A program made the translations under genes and the position numbers. A stretch of DNA of 32,000 bases, taken from positions 1-32,000 of the forward strand of contig NZ_PQWO01000027.1 of NCBI RefSeq assembly GCF_003231495.1, in the 5' to 3' direction. The DNA comes from Acaryochloris thomasi RCC1774 (GTDB taxonomy: Bacteria > Cyanobacteriota > Cyanobacteriia > Thermosynechococcales > Thermosynechococcaceae). The notes under the pieces were generated by a model that made no database searches, was not told where the DNA came from, and saw only the letters and a program-made list of their open reading frames with translations. This document shows, piece by piece, positions 1-7,876 of the stretch (its first letter is position 1; every line of letters starts with the position of its first letter).

Positions 1-91
1 TTGCTTGCCGTTATGGATGCGACCGTTTTTGACGACCTTTTGAGACCCGCAGCTAGGACAGATTAGGGGTGACATTGTTGAGCATGAACGA

Positions 92-406
92 TTGAGCTAC
101 CTCTATCCTTACATCTGGCGGACTACCAAGCTTTCGATTCAGGCTGCCCAGCTCACTTTCCCGGCCCTACATTACGCGGGTCGTCTGCTTAGCGAAAGCG
201 CAACGATAGATGACTGTCATCTGCAGCTTATCGCTCGTGATGAGGCCGGTCATCAGTTGCCAGAGTGGACACTTAACCTTGAGTTTTATACCGCTGGCAC
301 TCAGATGTCGCTGATGATTGAACGTCAGGAGCAACCCGAGCATCCGATTCTCTGGCAGGGGCAGAACTCCGTTTGGATGGATGCTGAAACTGGCGTCAAG
401 GTATAG
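92..406 (+). CDS. hypothetical protein (TTG start)
   Basis: 104-codon ORF from the track. An in-frame TGA at 41-43 shows it does not continue from outside the window. No motifs recognised. Its stop codon abuts the left TIR of the 406-611 repeat, so the 3' end may have been altered. Confidence 0.3.
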   Translation: MSYLYPYIWRTTKLSIQAAQLTFPALHYAGRLLSESATIDDCHLQLIARDEAGHQLPEWTLNLEFYTAGTQMSLMIERQEQPEHPILWQGQNSVWMDAETGVKV

Positions 407-611
407 GAGAGTGATCAAAGCTGGGGGAAAGCTTGTTAGATAAGGACTTGCACCTCCCAAAACACTTTCCTCAGTAGGTAGTTCTCATACCAAAGGATCT
501 TTCTGCACAGCAAGAGTTCTGGAGGTTTTGGGTATCAGCTAACATCTATGTTTGACTAGGGCTGTTCTATTCACGAAATATCAGCGTTTCCCCCGGTTTT
601 GATCACTCTCC
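406..611. repeat. MITE-like element with 25-bp terminal inverted repeats
   Basis: GGAGAGTGATCAAAGCTGGGGGAAA at 406-430 matches the reverse complement of 587-611 (GGAGAGTGATCAAAACCGGGGGAAA) at 23/25 positions. The 156-bp interior is non-coding. Confidence 0.45.
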
Positions 612-730
612 CCATTCGGTTGACATCGCATATGATAGTATTTATGTACTATATTGTGTTGCCATATCTTTTTTGATGATTTCCGGTAGAAATTATTCTC
701 AGTTAAACCGTTACAGGAAAGGAGAATTCC

Positions 731-1531
731 ATGAGTTTGACAGATCAGATCGGCACTTTTTGCTGGTGGAGTTTAATGACGAAGGATGTCGAGAAGGCAA
801 ATGCGTTCTATCAAAAACTGTTCGATTGGAAGCTCAGTGAAATAGAAATTCCAGGGCATGATGATTCCATCATCTACACGGCCAGTAAAGGGGGATTTGC
901 GAACCCAGTTGAGCTGGAAGAGGAATTTCCCGGACCAAGTCATTGGATTGCCTATATCACGGTAGAGAACGTGGATGAGGCTTGTCAGCAGGCGGAGTCG
1001 CTCGGCGGAAAAGTCTGTGTTCCGGCTTTTGATATCCCTACCATCGGTCGAACTGCAGTACTGACTGATCCGGCTGGAACGGCATTTCATGTTTTTACCC
1101 CCGCGACGGATGAGGGCAACCTGAATATGATCGGCAATGGACCGGGTGAAATCTGCTGGATGGAGCTAATTGTTGATGATCCTGATCCCCTCCTGCCTTT
1201 CTATGCTGAACTAGTGGGCTGGAAGTTTACAGATCCTATGCCCATGAATGGCGGCGAGTACATAAGCTTTAAAGCTTCCGGTGAACAAGTGGCTGATGAG
1301 ATGATCGGCGGTATCTTGAAGCGGCCTCCTAACGTACCGCATATGCCGCCTGTATGGATGAGCTACTTCTCCGTGAGTTCTGTGGATGTCTGGTCAGAGA
1401 AGGTAGCGTCTTTGGGCGGCAAGACTGTCATGCCAAAAACGGAGATACCTGAGACTGGCTTTTTTGCCTGCATGGAAGATCCGACGGGCGCACACTTTTA
1501 TCTTTTTGAGTGGTTTAAGACCAATGAGTGA
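731..1531 (+). CDS. VOC (glyoxalase/bleomycin-resistance/dioxygenase) superfamily protein, two tandem VOC domains
   Basis: ATG preceded by AGGAAAGGAG. Two repeated halves each show a pattern of the type F(C)WxEL...A..FY..L.GWK. The end of each half (GG.v..P....P..G..A...DP.G..F) is typical of VOC-fold proteins. Confidence 0.8.
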   Translation: MSLTDQIGTFCWWSLMTKDVEKANAFYQKLFDWKLSEIEIPGHDDSIIYTASKGGFANPVELEEEFPGPSHWIAYITVENVDEACQQAESLGGKVCVPAFDIPTIGRTAVLTDPAGTAFHVFTPATDEGNLNMIGNGPGEICWMELIVDDPDPLLPFYAELVGWKFTDPMPMNGGEYISFKASGEQVADEMIGGILKRPPNVPHMPPVWMSYFSVSSVDVWSEKVASLGGKTVMPKTEIPETGFFACMEDPTGAHFYLFEWFKTNE

Positions 1532-1572
1532 AATGTAAAACGGAGGAAGTCTTAGCCCAGACTTTCTAGTCG

Positions 1573-1713
1573 CTAACTAGCTTCTTTGAAGGGTTCCATG
1601 TGTTTATATATGGATGAGAGTAGTTCCTCGTCACCCTTTTCATCGGCAACGGTTTGGTAGACCTCGGTGTCTATCTGTTGGGCAAGTTGTTCACGCTTTC
1701 TGGGAGAGGACAT
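1573..1713 (-). CDS. possible 46-aa acidic small protein (below the ORF-track cutoff)
   Basis: Hand translation of the minus strand gives MSSPRKREQLAQQIDTEVYQTVADEKGDEELLSSIYKHMEPFKEAS. It lies on the same strand as, and just downstream of, the HNH gene. No other support. Confidence 0.2.
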   Translation of the reverse strand: MSSPRKREQLAQQIDTEVYQTVADEKGDEELLSSIYKHMEPFKEAS

Positions 1714-1764
1714 AGTGAACTTAGCTTTAATATCGACTGATGCAGAGTATCGTTCTCATCCTTC

Positions 1765-2118
1765 CTAGATGCAGTTAGGTATTCTCATCTGCCCCGCTCT
1801 CTCTAGCCTCCGCATCATGTTCATGCCGATCCATTTGCGATCGTAGTTCAGATGGCAGACCCGGCAGAGTGCTCTGAGATTACTGCGATCGCTATTGTCT
1901 GGATTCTGGTCGAGGTGAGCGCCATCGAGGGTATAGCGCTGGCGGTGCAGCAGTACTTCTACTGCAGGATACTGGCTACGCTTAATATAGTCCTGCAGGC
2001 TCTCTCCTGTCCTGCGGCAGACCTTACCGCAATTCTCGCATACCCAACCTGCCTCCTCTTTGATCGAGGTTGCGATCTCTTCCCAGTTGTCAGGGTATCG
2101 GTAGCGTTCAGTGGGCAT
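1765..2118 (-). CDS. HNH endonuclease
   Basis: Two Cys pairs (CENCGKVC ... CRVCH) flank GAHLDQNPDNSDRSNLRALC, the classic HNH zinc-finger nuclease pattern. The ATG overlaps the upstream gene by 11 nt. Confidence 0.8.
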   Translation of the reverse strand: MPTERYRYPDNWEEIATSIKEEAGWVCENCGKVCRRTGESLQDYIKRSQYPAVEVLLHRQRYTLDGAHLDQNPDNSDRSNLRALCRVCHLNYDRKWIGMNMMRRLERAGQMRIPNCI

Positions 2119-2638
2119 GGGCTGATCCTGCTTCAGATAGCTGACGGTTTGGACTACTCCTGGGCATTGCCTTGTAGAATTCTAAGGCGATCTTTTCCGT
2201 ATCACTGAGTTCATCGACAGGTTGTTCTTTCTCTCCATCGAAAGAAGGTGAGGGTAGGTTGCGAACTGAGTAGGCCGTCGCCGCAGCTTCCAGAACCTTA
2301 GCTAGTTCTTTCCGGTGGTGATCGTATAGAAACTCCATCTCCACAGCTTGAGCTGGAGTAATGCCAATGAATCGGTACTTGTTTTTCTTAGATTTATCGT
2401 ACTTATGGTTTCCGGCTTTCAGAACGTACCAAGCGACATCAATGGTTAGATCCCGTTCATGTCTGTTTCTAAAGGTTAGAGTACAGTCAACAGAAGCCTC
2501 TCTTTCAATCTGATCAAGTGCGAGATCGTATTTGTTTAGTAGCTTTTCGAGCAACCTTTGAGCGTTTTCAGCTTCTCCCGGTGCGCCCTGTTCAGATAGA
2601 GTCAGAAGTTTCCGTAAGCGTTCCTCGATATCCACCAT
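2108..2638 (-). CDS. DUF2786-like protein
   Basis: The N-terminus IEERLRKLLTLSEQGAPGEAENAQRLLEKLLNKYDL matches the DUF2786 signature helix pair (R..KLLaLae...n..EAe.A...a..Ll.ky.i). It is translationally coupled to both neighbours. Confidence 0.6.
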   Translation of the reverse strand: MVDIEERLRKLLTLSEQGAPGEAENAQRLLEKLLNKYDLALDQIEREASVDCTLTFRNRHERDLTIDVAWYVLKAGNHKYDKSKKNKYRFIGITPAQAVEMEFLYDHHRKELAKVLEAAATAYSVRNLPSPSFDGEKEQPVDELSDTEKIALEFYKAMPRSSPNRQLSEAGSAHAH

Positions 2639-2925
2639 TAGACCCTTTCTACGGACTCATTTGTCTCATTTTTAGTTGCTGATGGGCGATGCGATTGCTC
2701 TGATGGTAGGACTTCTGCCGAGATTTTGATCCGTCTGCCCTCCAATAGCTTTAGATCGAGACTGGAATCTACCCAGTCGAACAAAGACCCTTTGATATGC
2801 CCTGGAGAAAACGAGGGGTAGTCATCCAAGACGAGTGATGTATTGAAAACATGCTGACCATCGCAGCAGATGCACTCGCTGCTGTCGCTTCGTTGTACTT
2901 CTACCGTTCCTGTAATGGTAGGCAT
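2638..2925 (-). CDS. hypothetical protein, first gene of the HNH/DUF2786 operon
   Basis: 95-aa ORF whose stop overlaps the start of the next gene at 2638. ATG with GGAGGTAAGG upstream on the minus strand. CICCDG cysteine cluster. Confidence 0.45.
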   Translation of the reverse strand: MPTITGTVEVQRSDSSECICCDGQHVFNTSLVLDDYPSFSPGHIKGSLFDWVDSSLDLKLLEGRRIKISAEVLPSEQSHRPSATKNETNESVERV

Positions 2926-2970
2926 GAGCCTTACCTCCTTTGCTCCAGATAGGAAGAATCTGACAGTGCT

Positions 2971-3188
2971 TGTACCCTAAACAATAATACTCTGACCGTC
3001 AGTAGTCGCACTTGAAACTCACTTCAGTAATGGATTTGAGTGATTTGTAAGTTATTTTAGGGTACAAGTACTAGATTATCATGTACCCTAAAATGCGACA
3101 AGTCATCTATTGTGTACATCTGAGCGATCTCAACTGGTGTTTTTTGCGTAAAGCTTAGGGTACAGTTGTGATCTGTTTTGTACCCTAA
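2971..3188. promoter_or_regulatory. divergent-promoter operator array built from the 10-mer TTAGGGTACA
   Basis: Orphan half-site TGTACCCTAA at 2971-2980. Perfect IR ATTTTAGGGTACA (3054-3066) / TGTACCCTAAAAT (3082-3094) with a 15-nt spacer. Second IR TTAGGGTACA (3155-3164) / TGTACCCTAA (3179-3188) with a 14-nt spacer, overlapping the start of the + strand ORF. Confidence 0.55.
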
Positions 3189-3486
3189 ATTAGTGCCGCG
3201 AAACCCCCGTCCCCGAAAGCCGACTGTGCCTCAGTTGCTCAAGAGTGCTGCGTTGCTCTCTGATGCCGAGTTGCGATCTCTGATCTCAGGGCTTGCAGCG
3301 ATGGAGTGCGAGCGGGGTAAAGAAGTCGATCGAGATGAGCATGGTAAGCCTCTCGATCAAGAGGGCCATATCGAGAAGCGGATGGTTAATGGCTGCGGTC
3401 CCTACAAATACCTTCGTTGGTGGGAAGGCGGCAAACATCGTGCAGTTTATCTAGGGAAGGCTGATGACGAGAAGAGATCGGTGTGA
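3178..3486 (+). CDS. hypothetical small protein (TTG at 3178 or GTG at 3193 as start)
   Basis: 102-codon ORF divergent from the HNH operon. The C-terminal motif GCGPYKYLRWWEGGKHRAVYLGK resembles a GPYWYLYW..GGK..YIGK tail I recall from small mobile-element proteins. The family is not assignable without a search. Confidence 0.5.
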   Translation: MYPKLVPRNPRPRKPTVPQLLKSAALLSDAELRSLISGLAAMECERGKEVDRDEHGKPLDQEGHIEKRMVNGCGPYKYLRWWEGGKHRAVYLGKADDEKRSV

Positions 3487-3531
3487 GATCGCTCGGGGTA
3501 TTGGTGGCGGTCGGTGGGCATGGGTTTGCTG

Positions 3532-3575
3532 GGGGTGATCTTTAGGGTGCAAGAACGCACCCTAAAGATCACCCC
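3532..3575. repeat. perfect 19-bp-stem hairpin carrying an operator-like motif (terminator or protein-binding site)
   Basis: GGGGTGATCTTTAGGGTGC (3532-3550), loop AAGAAC, GCACCCTAAAGATCACCCC (3557-3575). It lies 46 nt after the 3178-3486 stop. No T-tract follows. It contains TTAGGGTGC, a one-base variant of the upstream operator core. Confidence 0.5.
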
Positions 3576-3687
3576 TTGCTAATTCCCCTGACCGTAGGTC
3601 ATAGATGCCTGTTGAGTGCTTGCTGTAGTTCTCGTTTTGCATCGGTGGGCACGAGGTAGTTACATCAATGGTCGTGAGGTTTCACGG

Positions 3688-4065
3688 CTAACCTCCGAGG
3701 TTTTCTAGTTGAGTGCGAAGTCTTTGTAAGTGAGCTGATTGCTTGCGTTCTTCCTTGATACGGTCTGCTCTCGCCTTAGCTTCTTCTAGTTGCCCAGCTT
3801 CCCTCACGAGTTCGTACAATGCCTCGATATAAACTGGAAGTCCCATCTTTCCACATTGTTTCTGTACCTCCTCATCAATGTCTTCGGAAAAAGCAATGTA
3901 CCGCCGTGGCCCTAGTTCGGTATTTTTCTCTGGCAGTGCCTTAACAGAGGGTACTGGTGCTTCTTCAGCCTCAATTGGCCTCTGGCCCATCAGTGATGTG
4001 TCACGAGCAGGGACTGCTTTTTTCTGTTGACGCTTTTCTCGCTGCCTTTCTAACGCATCACTCAT
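3688..4065 (-). CDS. hypothetical protein, possible ribbon-helix-helix partition or regulatory protein
   Basis: 125-aa ORF. RRYIAFSEDIDEEVQKQCGKMGLPVYIEALYELV has a strand-helix-helix (RHH-like) pattern, followed by a charged coiled-coil tail. The ATG overlaps (ATGA) the end of a parA-like remnant. Confidence 0.5.
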   Translation of the reverse strand: MSDALERQREKRQQKKAVPARDTSLMGQRPIEAEEAPVPSVKALPEKNTELGPRRYIAFSEDIDEEVQKQCGKMGLPVYIEALYELVREAGQLEEAKARADRIKEERKQSAHLQRLRTQLENLGG

Positions 4066-4199
4066 GCTAAATGGCCTCCAATTCGCTTCAATAGTGCTTC
4101 AAACGGGTAAGCTAAATCCTCCTCACCCAGCTCGTGTAGAGTTTTCCCTTCACTGATCGCTTTCTTGTATTTCTCAGATCTTCTTGATCCTTCACCCGC
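4062..4199 (-). pseudogene. 3' remnant of a ParA-like ATPase gene
   Basis: Hand translation of the minus strand gives AGEGSRRSEKYKKAISEGKTLHELGEEDLAYPFEALLKRIGGHLA*. It resembles ParA/Soj C-termini (R..k...A...Gktv.e.....a...f.aL..ei). A stop lies just upstream in frame and there is no Walker-A region. The remnant ends next to the 4218-4399 TIR element. Confidence 0.35.
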
Positions 4200-4217
4200 T
4201 CACCAAAGCGAGGTACT

Positions 4218-4399
4218 TGAAGGGTTGCTGACACCAGGCGCAATCAAGCACTTTTTGAAGCCTATAACGACGCAAATACGTTCGAGCAAAACTCAAATCA
4301 TCACGTAAGGCCTAAAATTCACGAAGAAATATTGAGCCATAGAAGCCTTTCACTGCCGGGTGTCTAGCCATCGTTGCGCCTGGTGTCAGCACCCCTTCA
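4218..4399. repeat. MITE-like element with 26-bp terminal inverted repeats
   Basis: TGAAGGGTTGCTGACACCAGGCGCAA (4218-4243) matches the reverse complement of 4374-4399 (TTGCGCCTGGTGTCAGCACCCCTTCA) at 25/26 positions. The 130-bp interior is non-coding. Confidence 0.45.
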
Positions 4400-4464
4400 G
4401 TTCCCCATACTTGTTACACTCGGAGCAATTGGTCAAAGATGAACCCTTATTTCGGCTATAGTCC

Positions 4465-5682
4465 ATGCGAACTCGCTCCATTGCTACGGTTGCTGGCCTG
4501 CTTTCCGGAATTTGTGCAATTATGGGCTGCGCTCCAGCTATTCCTGTTCCCAGTGATCGCCTGAGTCCCCAAGCTGATCAGCTGCCGATTGCTGCGGTCA
4601 AACTCGTGCCGATCGTTACTGGTCTGGAACATCCTTGGGGTATGGCGTGGTTGCCGGATGATCAAATATTAATCACTGAGCGTCCGGGTCGGCTACGCCT
4701 CGTAAAAAATGGCAAACTCGCCCCCGAACCGATCAAAGGCGTGACAGCCGTTTCCACCATTACCGCGCAACAATTATTTGCGACTCAACAGGGTGGGCTG
4801 ATGGATATTGCCATCCATCCCCGCTTTGCCGACAATCGCTGGGTCTATTTCACCTACTCCCACGGCACCCGCGACGCCAATCGGACCCGCGTCGCCCGCG
4901 CTCAGTTTGACGGTCAGCAGCTTGATGGCTGGCAAGTGATATTCGAGGTTGCCCAAACCAAGCGTGGTGGTCAACACTTTGGTTCGCGTCTGACTTGGCT
5001 GCCGGACGAGACCCTATTGATTTCTATTGGTGATGGTGGCAATCCGCCCGTCAAACTTGATGGTGATCTAATCCGTAAACAAGCCCAAAACCGCGCTAGC
5101 CACCTTGGTAAAGTCATTCGCATCAAAGATGATGGCACTATTCCAGCGGATAATCCCTATGTATCCACCGAGGGGGCCGCGCCTGCCGTCTGGAGTTATG
5201 GCCATCGCAATATTCAGGGGCTGACCTATGATCCAATGCGGAAAAGAGTTTGGGCGACCGAACATGGCTCACGCGGCGGCGATGAACTGAACTGGGTGCA
5301 ATCCGGCAAAAACTATGGCTGGCCCGTTGTTTCATTCAGTCAGGAGTACACTAGTAATCGCGCCGTTGCCCCGGCAACCACTGGCCCTGAGATGGTAGAT
5401 CCAAAGCGCGTATGGACCCCTTCCATTGCGCCCTCGGGGTTAGCCATTTATACGGGAGATCAGATTCCGCAGTGGCGCGGCAATTTGTTCGCTGGCGGAC
5501 TTGTCTCCCGTAGCATTCGACGGCTCGAACTAGATGAATCAGGGAGCGTGACAGCGGAGTCCCAAATCACTATCGGCCAGCGGGTGCGTGATATCCGCCA
5601 GGGGCCAGATGGGTATCTATATGTGCTAACTGATGCTAACTCGGGTCAGCTTTTGCGCCTGGAAGTTGACCCAAACAACTAA
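4465..5682 (+). CDS. PQQ-dependent sugar dehydrogenase (soluble aldose/sorbosone dehydrogenase family), lipoprotein
   Basis: Signal peptide with lipobox (LSGICAIMGC). GLEHPWGMAWLPDDQILITERPGRLRLV, GGLMDIAIHP, GSRL, GDGG, HRNIQGL, HGSRGGDELN and GKNYGWP are the characteristic beta-propeller motifs of this family. Confidence 0.9.
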   Translation: MRTRSIATVAGLLSGICAIMGCAPAIPVPSDRLSPQADQLPIAAVKLVPIVTGLEHPWGMAWLPDDQILITERPGRLRLVKNGKLAPEPIKGVTAVSTITAQQLFATQQGGLMDIAIHPRFADNRWVYFTYSHGTRDANRTRVARAQFDGQQLDGWQVIFEVAQTKRGGQHFGSRLTWLPDETLLISIGDGGNPPVKLDGDLIRKQAQNRASHLGKVIRIKDDGTIPADNPYVSTEGAAPAVWSYGHRNIQGLTYDPMRKRVWATEHGSRGGDELNWVQSGKNYGWPVVSFSQEYTSNRAVAPATTGPEMVDPKRVWTPSIAPSGLAIYTGDQIPQWRGNLFAGGLVSRSIRRLELDESGSVTAESQITIGQRVRDIRQGPDGYLYVLTDANSGQLLRLEVDPNN

Positions 5683-5753
5683 ATTGAGCCGTTTTATCCG
5701 ACGCTCATAATATCGGTCGAGAGTTTAGTTATACTCAGTCCACGTAAGCTATT

Positions 5754-5945
5754 CTAGATCCGGTGCTCTGCCGGAATCTGTGCGATCGCATCCCGTTGTT
5801 TTTGATCTCGCTCAGCTCTGTGCTTGGCAGCGAGTCTAGCTTGAGCATTCTTGGCCCGCATCCGTTGGGCGTCGCTCTTGTAGGACTTCTGGATACCTTC
5901 GACATTGCGAGCGGCGGGAACGGCGTACTGTTCTTGTTCTTGCAT
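5754..5945 (-). CDS. possible small basic protein
   Basis: 63-aa ORF (MQEQEQYAVPAARNVEG...RAERDQKQRD). It is highly charged and helical-looking and competes with two overlapping ORFs in other frames. No homology recognised. Confidence 0.3.
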   Translation of the reverse strand: MQEQEQYAVPAARNVEGIQKSYKSDAQRMRAKNAQARLAAKHRAERDQKQRDAIAQIPAEHRI

Positions 5946-6019
5946 GGATGTCTCAACTGCAGAAAATCATCAGGTATCAATCATTACAAATTATCGATGA
6001 CAGAACAGTGGTGAAATCA

Positions 6020-6481
6020 CTACGCGGATAGTTCGGTGAGGCTGTTCTTTAATTTCAGAAGCGGTGCTTTTACTGGCGAGATTGCAGGTGCTCCCTCATA
6101 GTTCTGCAGCAGTTGATAGATCATATTCTGGTCAGTGGTCCGTAGGCTCACCTCTCGTTCCTGAGAGCCATCATCCGATGTCAGGAAGTTGTGGGTTCCA
6201 ATCGTGGCAAAAGTGCGATGGTCTCCGACCGGCCTTCGGCCATCGCAAACCAAGATTTTCTCGTGGGTTCCGATAGGCTTCAATCGTAATTTTGGGTGCT
6301 ATCGGGCGAGTTGTTCCACCAAGGGCAGCGCATCATAGTAGAGGCTGTTCTTGTACTCGCCGGTCTGCAGATCTCGTAACCGTCCCCAACCGATGTCGAT
6401 TGCAACCTCTCGTTCCAGGGCGGACTGTACGTGGTGCATGGGCACGCTATCGATTGCAGACTTCTTGAGCCAAAGGCACAC
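6020..6481 (-). pseudogene. PLD-superfamily (HKD-motif) protein gene interrupted by an in-frame TAG
   Basis: ORFs 6299-6481 and 6020-6283 are in the same frame, separated by a single TAG (6299-6301): ...LVEQLAR*HPKLRLKPIGTHEKILVCDG.... HEKILVCD is an HxK(x)4D motif and GTHNF the associated G(S/T)xN. The N-terminal part appears to be missing. Confidence 0.55.
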
Positions 6482-6487
6482 TATGAT

Positions 6488-7651
6488 TTAGAGCTGTGTT
6501 GCCCGAGTTTGAACCATTGCATTTAACTGCATCACAATAGATTGACTCGTTTGGTTAAGCCAGTGGATGATCTCAGTTTTATTGATGCTTCTAGGCGGCG
6601 TAACAGAAAAAACAATAAAATACTTCTGGCCTTGGTCTGTTTTGAGAAAGCTGGTGTCTGAGAATGTATGGGAGAACAAGCCAATTCCGCACTTGCTCAG
6701 CAGTCTGCCGGATTGGCTGGCTAACTTCTTGCCCAAAGGATCCAAGAAGCGACAGAAAGTATTTTCAAAGCTCAGCCCTGATTCCTGGGGGGTTTTAGAC
6801 ATCACCTGTTGCATCCATTCACGATCTTCGAGCCGCAGGTCGAAGCGCTGCTCAGGAGGAAATGCTTGAGGAAAAACCAATCGCATCAAAATCCCGGCTA
6901 GGTCATGAGCGCTAGCGCAATTTCCGCTTTTTTCGCCTACTTCATAGCAGTCAAATTGATCTGTCACGGTTTGTTTTGGAATTTGGCTAAGTCTGCCTTG
7001 ATATCGAATCTCCATAGCGGGGGAGTCAATGAGTGTCCCCTGATCAAGCATCAGACGGGTAACCGCGTACTGTTCGAGACCTTTGGCTCTCATAGTTTCG
7101 TTAAGAGACTCAAATCCCAATAGTAAAATCAGGCGGTTGGCTGCATCATTGTCAGAAATAACCAGCATTCTCTCAAGATCGTCCTCAATTGAGAACCAGG
7201 GTGATGTCCCTGCAACCCGATACTCTGCTGCTTTGCCGATCTTTTTCTGCTTGAGTAGCTCCAGAACTAAAGCTGAGATTGCAACCTTAACAGTAGAAGC
7301 CGGATTGAAAAATCCCTCATCCTCAATATCCTGTTTTTGATTTTGGTTTGTATCTTCGTACTGAGCGCGAAAACTAAAGGACTGAAACCGAGGTGGATCT
7401 TGAGCGTCATCAACCTTGATAAACAGAGCCTTACCGTTCCAAGCTTGCATCTGAGCGAGAAGGTCGTCCTGTTCCAAAATGTCTCGCAATGTTTTTGTGT
7501 CTTCTTGAGCTGGCCTCGCCTGAACCGCACTCTTTCTCTGAACCTGCTGCGACGACTGTTGCCCCTCCGTTGTCGTTCGCACACAGGCCGTTTGCCCAAC
7601 AAGCAGCAATCCACAGAGGAGCGAGAGCATTTGCATCATAACTGAATACAT
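6488..7651 (-). CDS. secreted serine hydrolase, class A beta-lactamase-related
   Basis: N-terminal signal peptide. SxxK motif (ASTVK), SDN motif (VISDNDAAN), and KCG at the position of the KTG box. Confidence 0.8.
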   Translation of the reverse strand: MYSVMMQMLSLLCGLLLVGQTACVRTTTEGQQSSQQVQRKSAVQARPAQEDTKTLRDILEQDDLLAQMQAWNGKALFIKVDDAQDPPRFQSFSFRAQYEDTNQNQKQDIEDEGFFNPASTVKVAISALVLELLKQKKIGKAAEYRVAGTSPWFSIEDDLERMLVISDNDAANRLILLLGFESLNETMRAKGLEQYAVTRLMLDQGTLIDSPAMEIRYQGRLSQIPKQTVTDQFDCYEVGEKSGNCASAHDLAGILMRLVFPQAFPPEQRFDLRLEDREWMQQVMSKTPQESGLSFENTFCRFLDPLGKKLASQSGRLLSKCGIGLFSHTFSDTSFLKTDQGQKYFIVFSVTPPRSINKTEIIHWLNQTSQSIVMQLNAMVQTRATQL

Positions 7652-7876
7652 TTCCAGAGCCTAAGCTGATGACGGATGAGCGGTCGACACTATCTTAAAT
7701 TGATAACAACCCTATTGTTCGGAGTAGATCAAATGAAATCTACCACTCTCAAAGTACGCAGCTTGATGATGCTGACTCCATAAGTACTGCACGTTTCCCA
7801 AACCCGTCCCAAATAATCTTCTTCGTGCAGTCACTCATCCAACAACTTTTAGAGTTGTTCAGTGAAGCGGTCGCAA

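Noticed and set aside
3057-3062. TTAGGG, the vertebrate telomere hexamer, inside the operator motif
   Set aside because: It is not tandemly repeated. It occurs only as part of the 10-mer inverted repeats, so the resemblance is coincidental.
6567-7645. Several 70-115-aa ORFs on both strands inside the beta-lactamase-like gene (6567-6869, 6905-7123, 7083-7340, 7267-7614, 7337-7645)
   Set aside because: All lie within a well-supported 387-aa gene with clear catalytic motifs. Their sequences are low-complexity (S/R/L-rich) and typical of shadow frames.
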